Shown: positions 41,301 to 51,452, counted from the first letter of the stretch. The stretch: DNA of 64,000 bases from Methylococcaceae bacterium UBA4132 (GCA_002380945.1 DFWO01000190.1:820-64819), one strand, 5' to 3'. Notes: generated by a model not told the origin, from the sequence alone. Translations and numbers: made by a program.

Positions 41301-43576
41301 AATGAACTGTATTTTTCGCGTAGGCGTTGGCGAATGATTTCCGCTAACGTATTAAAAATAAAGGTGAATAAAAATAAGACTAAGGCGGCTAAAAACAACA
41401 CCCGATAATGCGTGCTATCCACTTGTGATTCGGGCATTTCCACTGCAATGTTAGCCGCGAGGGTACGCAAACCCTGAAAAACACTTAAATCCATCACAGG
41501 TGTATTGCCCGTTGCCATTAACACAATCATGGTTTCACCAACGGCTCTACCTAAACCTATCATCACCGCAGAGAAGATACCAGGGCTGGCAGTTAATAGC
41601 ACCACGCGAATCATTGTTTGCCACGTTGTCGCACCTAAGGCTAATGAACCGACGGTTAAATGTTTGGGTACGCTAAAAATAGCATCTTCAGCAATGGAGA
41701 AAATAGTCGGAATCACCGCAAAACCCATTGCGATACCGACTACCAATGAATTACGTTGATCGTAACCGATACCCCATTGGTTTTTAAACCAGTCACGCAA
41801 GGTTTCACCAAACAAGGCGGTTTCTAGCGGTACACTGATAGCAAACGCAAACCAACCAGTCAGTAGAATGACGGGAATAAGCACCATTGCCTCCCAACCT
41901 TCGGGAATACTCTCTAAAATGTGCTTAGGTAGGTTATACCACACATACGCAAATGCCATGACCCCGACAGGTAACAGCATAAACATTAGAAAAAATCCCG
42001 ATAGATGTTCTTCTAAGGTTGGAGCTAACCACAGCCCTGCAAGAAAACCTAAAATAACGGTAGGTAACGCGCCCATTAATTCAATGGTTGGTTTAACGTA
42101 TTGACGCATCATGGGAGTCATGAAATACGCGCTATAAATAGCACCCATCAAGGCTAAAGGAATTGCCACTAACATGGCATAAAATGCCGCTTTGAGCGTA
42201 CCAAATACTAAGGGTGTTAAGCTGTATTTAGGCTCAAAATCGTTATTTGATGCGGAGGATTGCCAAATATAATCAGGTTTTGCATAGCCTTCATACCAGA
42301 CTTCTTGCCACAACGATTTAATAGATACTTCAGGATGCTTGTTATCTATTTTCCAGACATAGATATTTTTATCGCTGGCTTCTACTAATAGCGTGTTGGC
42401 TCTAGGTGATAAAGCAGCAGTGATAGGCAAGGCTTGAGTCACTTGTTCTTTCAGTGCTTCGCGTTCGGAGGTGGTATGGTAAATCCCCATCATGCCATTC
42501 GCATCAATAGCGGCAAAGCCTTTGCGACGTGGTTCTGGATTGATGGCAACAATGGCTTTTTCAGACACTTTGAAGGATCTGAGTTTTTGCATGGCGGGAC
42601 GTTTTAATTCGTCTCTTACCATTGTCCACTGTGAGACTAAACCTGTTGAATCGCCGATAAGTAATGAGCTATCACCGTTTAAGAAGGTACTCACCGTGAC
42701 TTTTGCACCTGCTTCAACAACATTAAGATTTTGTCGAATGACAGGGGCTGTTTTATCGCTAATATCAAAAAAACTCAAGTGACCATCATTGTCAACTAAA
42801 TACAGATTACGTTCTTCTTTATCTATGTAAATATCAGTGATAGTTGCCGCTGGTACATCTAAAATGGCTTCGGTACGGTTTAACGTCGCTTCATCTTCAA
42901 ATAAACTTTGTTGTTTTTCAATATTAAGCAGACGAACTTTATCAGCGGTTTTTGCCACAATCGTGGTCGATTTATCGCCGACTTTAACGGCAATTTTTTC
43001 TAATGCCGCGCCTTTGTCATCAACAACAATAGGTGCTTCACCTAATGGATATTTTAAAGAAGGGGTAATTAAGCGTTTATTATCAGGGTAAGTAATTTGA
43101 TATTGATGTTTAACAACAATCGCTTGACCATTAGATAATCCATAAATAACCGCACCTTCGCTAATAGGGCTACCTTGAGAAAAACTAACTACTTTTGCAC
43201 CAGTTGGTATTTTAATGGCTTGATTGGCTATTGGTTTGCCTGTTGCCACTTCAAAAAAAACCGCTTGTCCACTGTCGGTAAATCTAACAGCCACTTCATT
43301 TTGTTCTTCTACATCGAGTAATACTGTCTTACCGCGTTCGGCTTCTGGCAAGCTATAGTGAGCAGTCGCTTCTGCGTCGGCTGGTTTAAACAGTGGAATG
43401 ACCACATAAAGTAAATAGAAGAAAATCAGTACCAGCGCGACGATAACACTGAGACCACCTGCTATCACACCGAAACGCGCCAGCGAATCTTTGACCATTC
43501 GCCAGCGTTGGTAGTAACTATTAGCGGATTTTTCCATAACTGAGGGGGGATTATTAATTGGATGAATTTCAGACAT
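41297..43576 (-). CDS. pstC: Phosphate ABC transporter permease PstC (long form with about 450-aa periplasmic N-terminal region)
   Basis: C-terminal permease core (VGSLALGATTWQT...). The ATG at 43576 is preferred because a terminator-like hairpin occupies 43624-43663. The ORF-track start is 43684. Confidence 0.85.
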   Translation of the reverse strand: MSEIHPINNPPSVMEKSANSYYQRWRMVKDSLARFGVIAGGLSVIVALVLIFFYLLYVVIPLFKPADAEATAHYSLPEAERGKTVLLDVEEQNEVAVRFTDSGQAVFFEVATGKPIANQAIKIPTGAKVVSFSQGSPISEGAVIYGLSNGQAIVVKHQYQITYPDNKRLITPSLKYPLGEAPIVVDDKGAALEKIAVKVGDKSTTIVAKTADKVRLLNIEKQQSLFEDEATLNRTEAILDVPAATITDIYIDKEERNLYLVDNDGHLSFFDISDKTAPVIRQNLNVVEAGAKVTVSTFLNGDSSLLIGDSTGLVSQWTMVRDELKRPAMQKLRSFKVSEKAIVAINPEPRRKGFAAIDANGMMGIYHTTSEREALKEQVTQALPITAALSPRANTLLVEASDKNIYVWKIDNKHPEVSIKSLWQEVWYEGYAKPDYIWQSSASNNDFEPKYSLTPLVFGTLKAAFYAMLVAIPLALMGAIYSAYFMTPMMRQYVKPTIELMGALPTVILGFLAGLWLAPTLEEHLSGFFLMFMLLPVGVMAFAYVWYNLPKHILESIPEGWEAMVLIPVILLTGWFAFAISVPLETALFGETLRDWFKNQWGIGYDQRNSLVVGIAMGFAVIPTIFSIAEDAIFSVPKHLTVGSLALGATTWQTMIRVVLLTASPGIFSAVMIGLGRAVGETMIVLMATGNTPVMDLSVFQGLRTLAANIAVEMPESQVDSTHYRVLFLAALVLFLFTFIFNTLAEIIRQRLREKYSSL

Positions 43577-43623
43577 GGGGGGAATTATAAGAATTGAATG
43601 TGACAATAATATAACAAAAAACC

Positions 43624-43663
43624 AAAAAAAACGGCTGAGATTCGCTAAAACAAATCCCAGCCG
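43624..43663 (-). terminator. Intra-operon attenuator hairpin between pstS and pstC
   Basis: The minus-strand RNA CGGCUGGGAUU-n10-AAUCUCAGCCG forms 11 bp with one G-U pair, followed by U8. The plus-strand version has an A-C mismatch instead. Confidence 0.7.
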
Positions 43664-43699
43664 TGTTTTTTTTGTTCGCCGCAAGGGCGATGGAATGCC

Positions 43700-44683
43700 T
43701 TATTTCAAGGTAGCTAAGACTTTCTCAACGACTTTAGCAGGCAGTGGAATGTAACCATCTTTGATAACGACTTGCTGACCTGTTTTTGACAAGACCATTT
43801 TAATAAACTCATAATCCAAGGGGGCTAATGGAGTATTAGGTTTTTTGTTGACATAAACGTATAAATAACGAGTTAACGGATATTTGCCGCTCAATGCGTT
43901 TTCAGGTGTTGCTTCAACAAATGGTTCGCCTGCTTTTTTGGCTAACGCGACCATTTTGATACCTGATGTGGTGTAACCCATACCTGAGTAGCCTACACCA
44001 TTCACTGATGAAGTAACAGATTGCACCACTGATGCAGAACCTGGTTGTTCGTTTACGTTACTTTTGAAATCGCCTTTACATAATGCGTTTTCTTTAAAAT
44101 AACCGTAAGTACCTGATACTGAGTTACGTCCGTACAATTGAATGCTTTTGCCTTTCCAAGCGGAAACACCTGCGTCACCCCAGTTTTCAATATCCGTTTC
44201 ATAACCACATTTACGCGTTGATGAGAAAATAGCATCAACTTGTGGAAGTGTTAAGCCTTTAACGGGGTTGTCTTTGTTGACCATCACAGCCAATGCGTCA
44301 ATGGCAACAGGCACAGCAGTCGGTTTGTAACCATATTTATCTTCAAACGCCGCTAATTCGTCGTCTTTCATTTCACGACTCATAGGACCTAAGTTTGCAG
44401 TGCCTTCAGTTAATGCAGGCGGCGCGGTAGAAGAACCTGCGGCTTGAATTTGAATGTTGACGTTAGGATATTCGCGGTTAAACTCTTCTGCCCACATGGT
44501 CATTAAGTTTGCCAGCGTATCAGAACCCACACTGGATAAGTTACCCGAAATACCGCTGGCTTTTTGATAAGCGGGAACACCCTCATCAACTTTTTGTACT
44601 GCACCTGCGCTACTGCTAACCAATGCGGCAAAAGTAAACCCTAATGCGGCACAGAGTGATTTTGTTTTAAAAGATAGTTTCAT
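43700..44683 (-). CDS. pstS: Phosphate-binding protein PstS
   Basis: Signal peptide and PBP-like motifs ([26 protein letters not shown]). First gene of the pst operon. Confidence 0.92.
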   Translation of the reverse strand: MKLSFKTKSLCAALGFTFAALVSSSAGAVQKVDEGVPAYQKASGISGNLSSVGSDTLANLMTMWAEEFNREYPNVNIQIQAAGSSTAPPALTEGTANLGPMSREMKDDELAAFEDKYGYKPTAVPVAIDALAVMVNKDNPVKGLTLPQVDAIFSSTRKCGYETDIENWGDAGVSAWKGKSIQLYGRNSVSGTYGYFKENALCKGDFKSNVNEQPGSASVVQSVTSSVNGVGYSGMGYTTSGIKMVALAKKAGEPFVEATPENALSGKYPLTRYLYVYVNKKPNTPLAPLDYEFIKMVLSKTGQQVVIKDGYIPLPAKVVEKVLATLK

Positions 44684-44746
44684 TAATCAATTCTCAATGT
44701 GTGATAGAAAATATTCATGTGGTAATGGACACAAGCATATTAATTT

Positions 44747-44770
44747 TATATGACAAAATGATGACAACCG
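44747..44770 (-). promoter_or_regulatory. Pho box upstream of pstS
   Basis: The minus strand reads GGTTGTCATCATTTTGTCATATAA. That is two TTGTCAT direct repeats with 11-bp periodicity, 64-87 nt upstream of the pstS ATG. Confidence 0.75.
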
Positions 44771-44921
44771 TATATTTTTCACTTGATAATGCAAGTGAGT
44801 TTATTGAATTGGCAAATTTGCTAGATTGCAAATTCGAAAAGACTGAAAAACACAGCATTTACTAACGCAGTAACACAAGTTAAACGATAATATTGATAGC
44901 ATTACTCAGAAAGAGCAAGCA

Positions 44922-45345
44922 GTGAAAAAATTAATTACGACCATCATTTTATTATCGATTAGCAGTTTTCTCTCAGTCGCGAGTGCTGAACCTCTAGTAA
45001 CTCCCTCGGTGATGACGTGGTTAGAAAAACTAAAAGGCAGTTCAGCAACTAAGCCCGTTGAAAAAGTCACCTTGCAGTTAAAGTGGCTATATTGTTTTCA
45101 ATTTGCAGGTTATTACGCCGCACAGGAGCAGGGTTATTACCGTGTGCAGGGCTTGACTTACCAGATAGATGAAGGTAAACCTGAACGAAATTTAATTGAT
45201 AAAGTATTATGTGGTGAGAATACGTTTGGCGTGGGAACTAGCGATTTATTGATACTCAAAGCGAAAAAAAGAAGATGAGCTTTACTTTGCCAAGGCAAAT
45301 GGCAAGAATCAAGTTGTTGTTTATGATGAATTAAATAAAAAATAG
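44922..45345 (+). pseudogene. Remnant of a periplasmic-sensor diguanylate cyclase with an internal deletion
   Basis: 118-aa head: signal peptide plus NMT1-like sensor start LQLKWLYCFQFAGYYAAQEQGYY. In another frame, 45274-45345 encodes DELYFAKANGKNQVVVYDE, the canonical last helix and strand of a GGDEF domain. Confidence 0.65.
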
Positions 45346-45355
45346 CTAACACGAT

Positions 45356-45958
45356 TTAGTTATTTTTGGCTACCTGTTGCAAGGCTAACGATAATTGTTG
45401 GCTAAACTCATTAAGCAATTTGCTGAGTGTCTGCACCACCGTTTCATAGCTTGCATCATTTAGTTTCTGCTCAAGAGTAGTCTGACCATGACTCACGATA
45501 GTATGATTTTTCTCCTCCATAATTGCCCAGCTTGCTTCAAGATTTGCTGACTTACCTAGCTGGCTATCGAAGCGGCTAATATCAATAATAACGCGATAAT
45601 CCATCTCACCATACGTTCCCCACGGATATGATTTCACCATTGCATTCGGTTGTCGTGCGGTCACATTTTTGCTTAATACGGTCAATACATTATCTTTTAG
45701 CGGTGCTGCCCACTGGTGAAATTCAGCTACTTGTATGCTGTTATGTTCACTGCGTGTCACTATTTGCTTGCGATCAACGACAGCAGGTAATGACAATGGT
45801 CCAATGCCAATCAGCGGTGTTTTTGTCATGGTCGTGCTACTGACAGGGTGCGCACTTTGTGATTCGAGTAAATAAAAATGGGTAGATGGAGTCGCGCAAG
45901 CGGTGAGCAGACCGCTCACCAATAGCCCTATATATCCCTTTAAGTGTTTATTAAACAT
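45356..45958 (-). CDS. pqiC: PqiC/YmbA-like lipoprotein (ABC-type transport auxiliary component)
   Basis: Lipobox LLTAC after the ATG at 45958. Sits immediately downstream of pqiB. Confidence 0.8.
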   Translation of the reverse strand: MFNKHLKGYIGLLVSGLLTACATPSTHFYLLESQSAHPVSSTTMTKTPLIGIGPLSLPAVVDRKQIVTRSEHNSIQVAEFHQWAAPLKDNVLTVLSKNVTARQPNAMVKSYPWGTYGEMDYRVIIDISRFDSQLGKSANLEASWAIMEEKNHTIVSHGQTTLEQKLNDASYETVVQTLSKLLNEFSQQLSLALQQVAKNN

Positions 45959-45965
45959 GGTTGCG

Positions 45966-47552
45966 CTACTCCTTTTCTTTACCGCGAATAAGAGACTCAG
46001 GATGTTGTTCCAGATAATCGGTGAGTTGCTTAACAGAACTCGCAGTCTCGGCAAGTTTTTGCAGTAATTGATTCAGCTCGTACTGCGTGGTTGAACCTGG
46101 TGCTAAGGTGCTTAACACTTGTTGTGCTGAGTTCATGGTTTTATCGGCATTGCCCAGTGTGTCTTTAGCTGTGACTAAGGTGTTAGTTGCCGCTTTGGAT
46201 GTGCCTTGTAAAGACACTAAGGTTTTGTTAATTTCGTCAGTCATGGTTTCCAGTGGTAGCTTGGAAATTTTATCCATGATGGTTTGTGCAGAATGAGTAA
46301 TTTGATCCAAAGTGTTGGGTGTCGTTGGAAATTCTGGATAGCCCGTCGTATTGTTATGAGTCACTACTTTGCTTTTTGGAAACATCTCTATAGCAATAAA
46401 TAATTGCCCTGTTAGTAGGCTACCTGTCTGTAATTGTGCGCGTAAACCTTTGGCAACCAGATAAGTGAGGCGATCTTTAGCGGTTATGTTATCTGTCGTA
46501 TTGATTTTTTTAATGCGATCAGGCTCGATTTCAACCACGACTGGAATGTGTATATCGGTGGTTTTATCATCTATTTCCAAGGTAATGTCAGTGACTTTGC
46601 CAACTGGAATACCGCGTAACAATACGGGCGCACCAATGGTTAAACCGCGTACTGAACCATCAAAATACATAACCAGTTTGACGGTTTGACGATAAACCAC
46701 TTGCGTTGATTGATCATAATCATCGAATAGCTGGAAGATCGTGTTTTCAGGTGCGTTTTCTACTGCTTTATCATTAGCGGGATTACGAAACGCAATGCCA
46801 CCGCTCAGTAAAGCCACTAAAGGTCCTGTTCTGACTTTAAAACCATCCGCACCCGCTGATAAATCAATACCACTGTCTATCCAAAACAGCGAATCTTTGC
46901 GAATAAATTGGTCATAAGGGGCGTTAATAAAAATATGTAATTTGATGTTGTTAGCGTTGTCGGATAATTCATAATTGAGTACCTCGCCCACAGTAATGCC
47001 ATGAAAGCTAATCGGTGTGCCAGAACGCATTGAACCGACATTAGTCGTCTCAAGGACGAACTGTTTGCCTTTCTCATTAATGGCTAATGCAGGCGGTACA
47101 GGAAGTCCCGTAAAATAGTGTTCTCGTTTGCCTTTTTCAGGCTTAATGGCAATGTAAGCCCCCGACAACAAAGTGCCTAAGCCTGATACACCCCCTAAGC
47201 CAATTTGGGGTCTTACTACCCAAAACTGCGTGTTATTGGTTAAATAGGTATCCGTGTCTTTGTTCATTTGTGCGGTCACTGCAATGGTTTTTAAATCTTT
47301 ATTGATAGAAATAGCCGTGACCTTACCAATTTCTACATCTAAATATTTGATTTTAGTTTTATCGACTTCCAAACCTTCGGCACTGGCAAAATTAATGGTG
47401 ATAACAGGACCTTTTTCAGAAACCGATTTATAGATAAGCCAGCCACTGACTAATAACGCACACAAGGGTAATAACCAAATGAGCGGCAATTCTCGCTTTT
47501 TATTGATAGCCACATCTTCGGCTTCGTAAGGCGGGTCGATAAAATCATTCAT
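45966..47552 (-). CDS. pqiB: PqiB, multi-MCE-domain envelope-spanning protein
   Basis: N-terminal TM, three MCE-like repeats and a C-terminal helical needle region. Overlaps pqiA by 4 nt. Confidence 0.88.
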   Translation of the reverse strand: MNDFIDPPYEAEDVAINKKRELPLIWLLPLCALLVSGWLIYKSVSEKGPVITINFASAEGLEVDKTKIKYLDVEIGKVTAISINKDLKTIAVTAQMNKDTDTYLTNNTQFWVVRPQIGLGGVSGLGTLLSGAYIAIKPEKGKREHYFTGLPVPPALAINEKGKQFVLETTNVGSMRSGTPISFHGITVGEVLNYELSDNANNIKLHIFINAPYDQFIRKDSLFWIDSGIDLSAGADGFKVRTGPLVALLSGGIAFRNPANDKAVENAPENTIFQLFDDYDQSTQVVYRQTVKLVMYFDGSVRGLTIGAPVLLRGIPVGKVTDITLEIDDKTTDIHIPVVVEIEPDRIKKINTTDNITAKDRLTYLVAKGLRAQLQTGSLLTGQLFIAIEMFPKSKVVTHNNTTGYPEFPTTPNTLDQITHSAQTIMDKISKLPLETMTDEINKTLVSLQGTSKAATNTLVTAKDTLGNADKTMNSAQQVLSTLAPGSTTQYELNQLLQKLAETASSVKQLTDYLEQHPESLIRGKEKE

Positions 47553-48169
47553 AAGTCTTGTTGAGTGTCCCAGAGTAAGCGTGGATCGAAATTTTCGGCG
47601 GCGAACATAGTTAATATTACCACGGCGGCAAATGCAGTTGCCGCAGGACCAGCAATAATCTGTATACCACTAAAATTAACTAAATCGACTAAAATGGAAA
47701 TCATAAAAATATCCAGCATCGACCATCGCCCTACAAAAGCAATAACACGATACATCGTCGTCCAGCGACGAGCATTAACTTGCCAGCGGAAATGTACACA
47801 CAGCAGTAGCAGACTGATACCTATCAGCTTTAACGATGGCACCAGAATACTCGCCACCAACACCAACAGACCAATAGGTATCATACCACTGTCTATTAAT
47901 TCAATAATGCCGCCAGCAATGGTATTTGGCTCACCCGCACCGAATTGATTAACGATCATAATAGGGAAAATATTAGCTGGAATATACAGTAAAAAACTAC
48001 TGAGCAAAAACGCGGTAGTGCGTTGCAAACTATGGGGATGTCGTGCGTGTAGATGACTATCACAACGTGGACAAGATAATGGTTGATTAACTATTTTTAC
48101 TAAGTAACCACAGTCGTGGCAGCGTATAAAACCTTGGCTTAGTGCATTCGCTTTAGTTTGCATTGCCAT
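47549..48169 (-). CDS. pqiA: PqiA-domain membrane protein (corresponds to the second PqiA repeat)
   Basis: Zn-ribbon CHDCGY...CPRCDS followed by 4 TM. Confidence 0.8.
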   Translation of the reverse strand: MAMQTKANALSQGFIRCHDCGYLVKIVNQPLSCPRCDSHLHARHPHSLQRTTAFLLSSFLLYIPANIFPIMIVNQFGAGEPNTIAGGIIELIDSGMIPIGLLVLVASILVPSLKLIGISLLLLCVHFRWQVNARRWTTMYRVIAFVGRWSMLDIFMISILVDLVNFSGIQIIAGPAATAFAAVVILTMFAAENFDPRLLWDTQQDL

Positions 48170-48782
48170 TCCTCTCACGCAATTGATGGATGCGTTGCCA
48201 GAATAACTCTTCATCCAGACTGCCAGTTAACAGTGTCGTTATGACGATTAGAGCAACAAACGCATAAAGCCCCCAGCCTAATTTAAGTTGAGCAAGAGCC
48301 ATGAGTTTAACGCAAGCAACGATAATACTCAGCATATACACTTCCAGCATCACCCATTCGTCTAAATGGTGCATCCAGCGCATCCAGTGGACTAAATAAC
48401 GATTAGGGCGATTAAAATAAAGATGTCCACTGATGAGTAATGATAAAACAATATGCACTAGCGGAAACAAAATGCTCGCCAAAAATACCACAATAGCAAC
48501 TGCTTCCATACCATCGTTAAATAAAGCAACCACACCAGAAAACAATAGTCCAGTGTTAGCATTACCCATAATTGTTATGCCTACCATAGGTAATAAATTG
48601 GCAGGGAAAAATAAGATGAACCCTGCAATGGACAGGGCAAAAGAGCGTTCAATACTTTGTTTACAAGGGCGTGACAATAGCAAGCCGCAACGCGGACAAT
48701 GCGCTTTGTCGCCAATTTTAGGCGCGACAAGATTGAGTAATAAGTCACACTCAGGGCAAGCATCGTAATGGCTAATCTTCAT
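48153..48782 (-). CDS. pqiA: PqiA-domain membrane protein (corresponds to the first PqiA repeat)
   Basis: Zn-ribbon CPECDL...CPRCG followed by 4 TM. Overlaps the next PqiA-domain gene. Confidence 0.8.
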   Translation of the reverse strand: MKISHYDACPECDLLLNLVAPKIGDKAHCPRCGLLLSRPCKQSIERSFALSIAGFILFFPANLLPMVGITIMGNANTGLLFSGVVALFNDGMEAVAIVVFLASILFPLVHIVLSLLISGHLYFNRPNRYLVHWMRWMHHLDEWVMLEVYMLSIIVACVKLMALAQLKLGWGLYAFVALIVITTLLTGSLDEELFWQRIHQLRERNGNAN

Positions 48783-48789
48783 TGCATTA

Positions 48790-48815
48790 AGAAAAAGACG
48801 CGATAAATAGCGTCT
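48790..48815 (-). terminator. Rho-independent terminator after the fae-like gene
   Basis: On the minus strand, AGACGC-tatttatc-GCGTCT is followed by TTTTCTT. Confidence 0.55.
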
Positions 48816-48824
48816 CTGCGCTCG

Positions 48825-49382
48825 TTACCACTTAGATTCGCCTGTTTCAGGGTCATACATTTCGTGGGTAATTTTATGGCGATTGGCAATTAATTCATCA
48901 ATACTAGGTGAGTTACTCATAGCACGGGCAATTGCCAGTTTCATGGCTTCGTAATTAGTGCGGTATAAATCTTTGCGATCTAATTCAGGATTTTCTGCAC
49001 ACTCTGGCGCAATCCAAAGCATGGCAATAATACACAAATCATTGGCTTGGTCGGCTGGAATCACGCCCTCAATAACACTATCCAATACCGCATCGGCAAC
49101 CGCTGACTGCACAGGACCTGCAAATAAATTGATATAAGCCGTCGATTTCATGGTGACTTTTGGCACAATTAACGTAGCGGGTTTTACTTGTTGGTTACAG
49201 GCACGAATTGCAAACATACGCGTATGACCTGCGGTTTGCCCCATGAGATTAGCGAACGCATTACCCGCTGGACCTTTTACACTACCGATGAGTATTTCTG
49301 GCATCGCATCGGTGCCTTGATCCTCGCTTGCAAATACCGTGGCTTCACCTGTTCTGAACCAAATTGTGTCTGACATTGACAT
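48825..49382 (-). CDS. fae: Formaldehyde-activating enzyme family protein (Fae/Fae-like)
   Basis: Collinear with Fae: GEA.V...ILIG..G....AF.N......H...........KP.TL...KVT......FGP.Q..VA.AV.D.V.EG.IP...A.DL...NYEA.KLAI.RA. Confidence 0.65.
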   Translation of the reverse strand: MSMSDTIWFRTGEATVFASEDQGTDAMPEILIGSVKGPAGNAFANLMGQTAGHTRMFAIRACNQQVKPATLIVPKVTMKSTAYINLFAGPVQSAVADAVLDSVIEGVIPADQANDLCIIAMLWIAPECAENPELDRKDLYRTNYEAMKLAIARAMSNSPSIDELIANRHKITHEMYDPETGESKW

Positions 49383-49573
49383 TTCCCAAAAAAATTATAA
49401 AGAGTGGCATTCTATGATGAATCAGAATAAAGGGGCAACTTAAAAAGCCGCCTATCGGTGTCGAGCATAAGCATCATTTTGAACGTTTAACATTATGGTA
49501 AACTGATATTATTCATATTAGATTCAGTGTCCCTCCCCATACTTCTCTCACCCGCCCTTTTATTACCGAATTT

Positions 49574-51430
49574 ATGACTTCTAAGTTTTTGCCACTGTTT
49601 TCTACGATGATGCTTTATGCAGTGTATTACATCATCAGTACCGTTAAATTTGATGTACAGATATTACCAGTTGCCATTACTTACGATTTTTTGTTGCAAC
49701 TGCTGGCGAGTTATATGTTGTTTGCCTTGTCGAAGCGCGTGTGGATTTTTCTCATTATTCAGACCTTAGTCATGGGGATTTTATATGTCGGTAATGCGGT
49801 AAAAATTTCCTTCTTTGGCGGGCCGATTATGCCAGATGATGTATTTGCACTACGGTCATTATTATTAATTCTTGAGGGCTGGCGATTTTTTGCCGCCGCT
49901 ATTCCACTTGCCGCGATTGCCAGCTTAGTGTTTTTTAACTTTTCCATGCGTCATTGGAGTAGCTATCTTGCCAGTTTAGTGGCGATTTTATTAGGCATTA
50001 CGGTAGCTTATAAGCCCAGCATGATACTTGATCCTATTGATAAATATACGGGTAATTCGGTATGGGATCAGCGTTCTAATTATGTGTGGCACGGGGCGAC
50101 GCTGTATTCTTTACAGGAGACAACCCGCTTTTTTGCCTTAACCGATGTGCCACCTGATATGGATAGTGCGCAAATCGCCGCTGACAATTTACTCAGTAGT
50201 ACGCCAAAACGTGTAGCAACAGATAAACCATTTACCCCACGCAATATTCATATTGTGTTATTAGAATCGTTTTGGGATGCTAATAACTTAAAAAAAGCCC
50301 ATTACAATCAAAATCCTTTGAGTCCTGAATTTAGAAAATTATGGAAAACGGCGGGCTATTCCCATGCCTTAACGCCCGTGTTTGGCGGTTACACCGCCAA
50401 CTCAGAGTTTGAAGTGTTATGTGGTTTTCCAGTGACTAAAGACAATGTTAAATTTGAACGGCAACTCATTAACGAAGTGCCGTGTTTGCCGCACATTTTG
50501 GCAGATAAGGGTTATCGAACCATCGTGTCACATCCGAATGTGCCAGTTTTTTGGAATCGTGTTAATGCTTACCGTAACATTGGTTTTCAAGATTACTGGG
50601 CAAAAGATGATTTTATTCTCGATGATATGAATAGAGAGTTTTTAGCAGACAGTTCTTTATATCGGCAAGTCTTAGAGAAGCTGTCAGACTCGTTCGATAA
50701 AAAACAACCCGTGCTGGATTACATTGTGACTTATTTTGGACACTGGAATTATCCCTTAAGTGATAGTCGCCCCAATAAAATTACATCCAGTTCCAGTGTT
50801 GAAGAGGTGACCAGTTATGCCAACACTATCTATTATAAATCACGCGAACTGGTGAATTTTATCGATCAATTACGAAAGCGTGATCCAGACAGTATTATTG
50901 TCGTGTTTGGTGATCATTTACCGTTTTTAGGCGAAAATTTTGCAGGCTATGTCGATTCTGGCGTGTTAGCAAGCAATCGCAGTGATTTTTCGACCGATAT
51001 GTTTAAATTTTATGTCAGTACGCCGATGATGATTATTGATGGTCAAAAAGGTGCGCTGGATATTGGCAGCCTACCGTTATATCAAGTCCCTAAACTGTTG
51101 CTAAATTTATTGAATTTTAATGAACCAACTATCATGGATTATGTCACTTCAGCATCTGATAAACGTATACGACCTTTACCTGGTCTGCATTTTTCTTTAG
51201 CTAAAGAAGAGAAAGTTGAACTGTGTAAAGAACCACCGTTTTCAGAAAGCTGCCAAGCTTCATCACGTTGGCTACAAGATGTGTTAGTGGTGAGCAATGA
51301 TTTATTTATCGGTCGGCAATTTACCCGACCTAAACATCCCGTTGCTGAACCTGTTGCACCTGCCAGTCCTGAACTTATCGCCTCACCTAGTGACAATGGC
51401 ATAATTGAGGCAGTTAAATTATCACCCTAA
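49574..51430 (+). CDS. Membrane-anchored sulfatase-family transferase (LtaS/MdoB-like)
   Basis: Five N-terminal TM segments, then an alkaline-phosphatase-superfamily domain (IVLLESFWD, GYTANSEFEVLCG, VVFGDHLP). Confidence 0.8.
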   Translation: MTSKFLPLFSTMMLYAVYYIISTVKFDVQILPVAITYDFLLQLLASYMLFALSKRVWIFLIIQTLVMGILYVGNAVKISFFGGPIMPDDVFALRSLLLILEGWRFFAAAIPLAAIASLVFFNFSMRHWSSYLASLVAILLGITVAYKPSMILDPIDKYTGNSVWDQRSNYVWHGATLYSLQETTRFFALTDVPPDMDSAQIAADNLLSSTPKRVATDKPFTPRNIHIVLLESFWDANNLKKAHYNQNPLSPEFRKLWKTAGYSHALTPVFGGYTANSEFEVLCGFPVTKDNVKFERQLINEVPCLPHILADKGYRTIVSHPNVPVFWNRVNAYRNIGFQDYWAKDDFILDDMNREFLADSSLYRQVLEKLSDSFDKKQPVLDYIVTYFGHWNYPLSDSRPNKITSSSSVEEVTSYANTIYYKSRELVNFIDQLRKRDPDSIIVVFGDHLPFLGENFAGYVDSGVLASNRSDFSTDMFKFYVSTPMMIIDGQKGALDIGSLPLYQVPKLLLNLLNFNEPTIMDYVTSASDKRIRPLPGLHFSLAKEEKVELCKEPPFSESCQASSRWLQDVLVVSNDLFIGRQFTRPKHPVAEPVAPASPELIASPSDNGIIEAVKLSP

Positions 51431-51452
51431 AGTTGTTATAGACGGAGGAATT

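Noticed and set aside
41297-43684. Unusually long PstC (about 760-795 aa) and PstA (551 aa) as a novelty
   Set aside because: Long-form PstC/PstA with large periplasmic inserts are known in other gammaproteobacteria such as pseudomonads. I noted this in the features but did not treat it as new.
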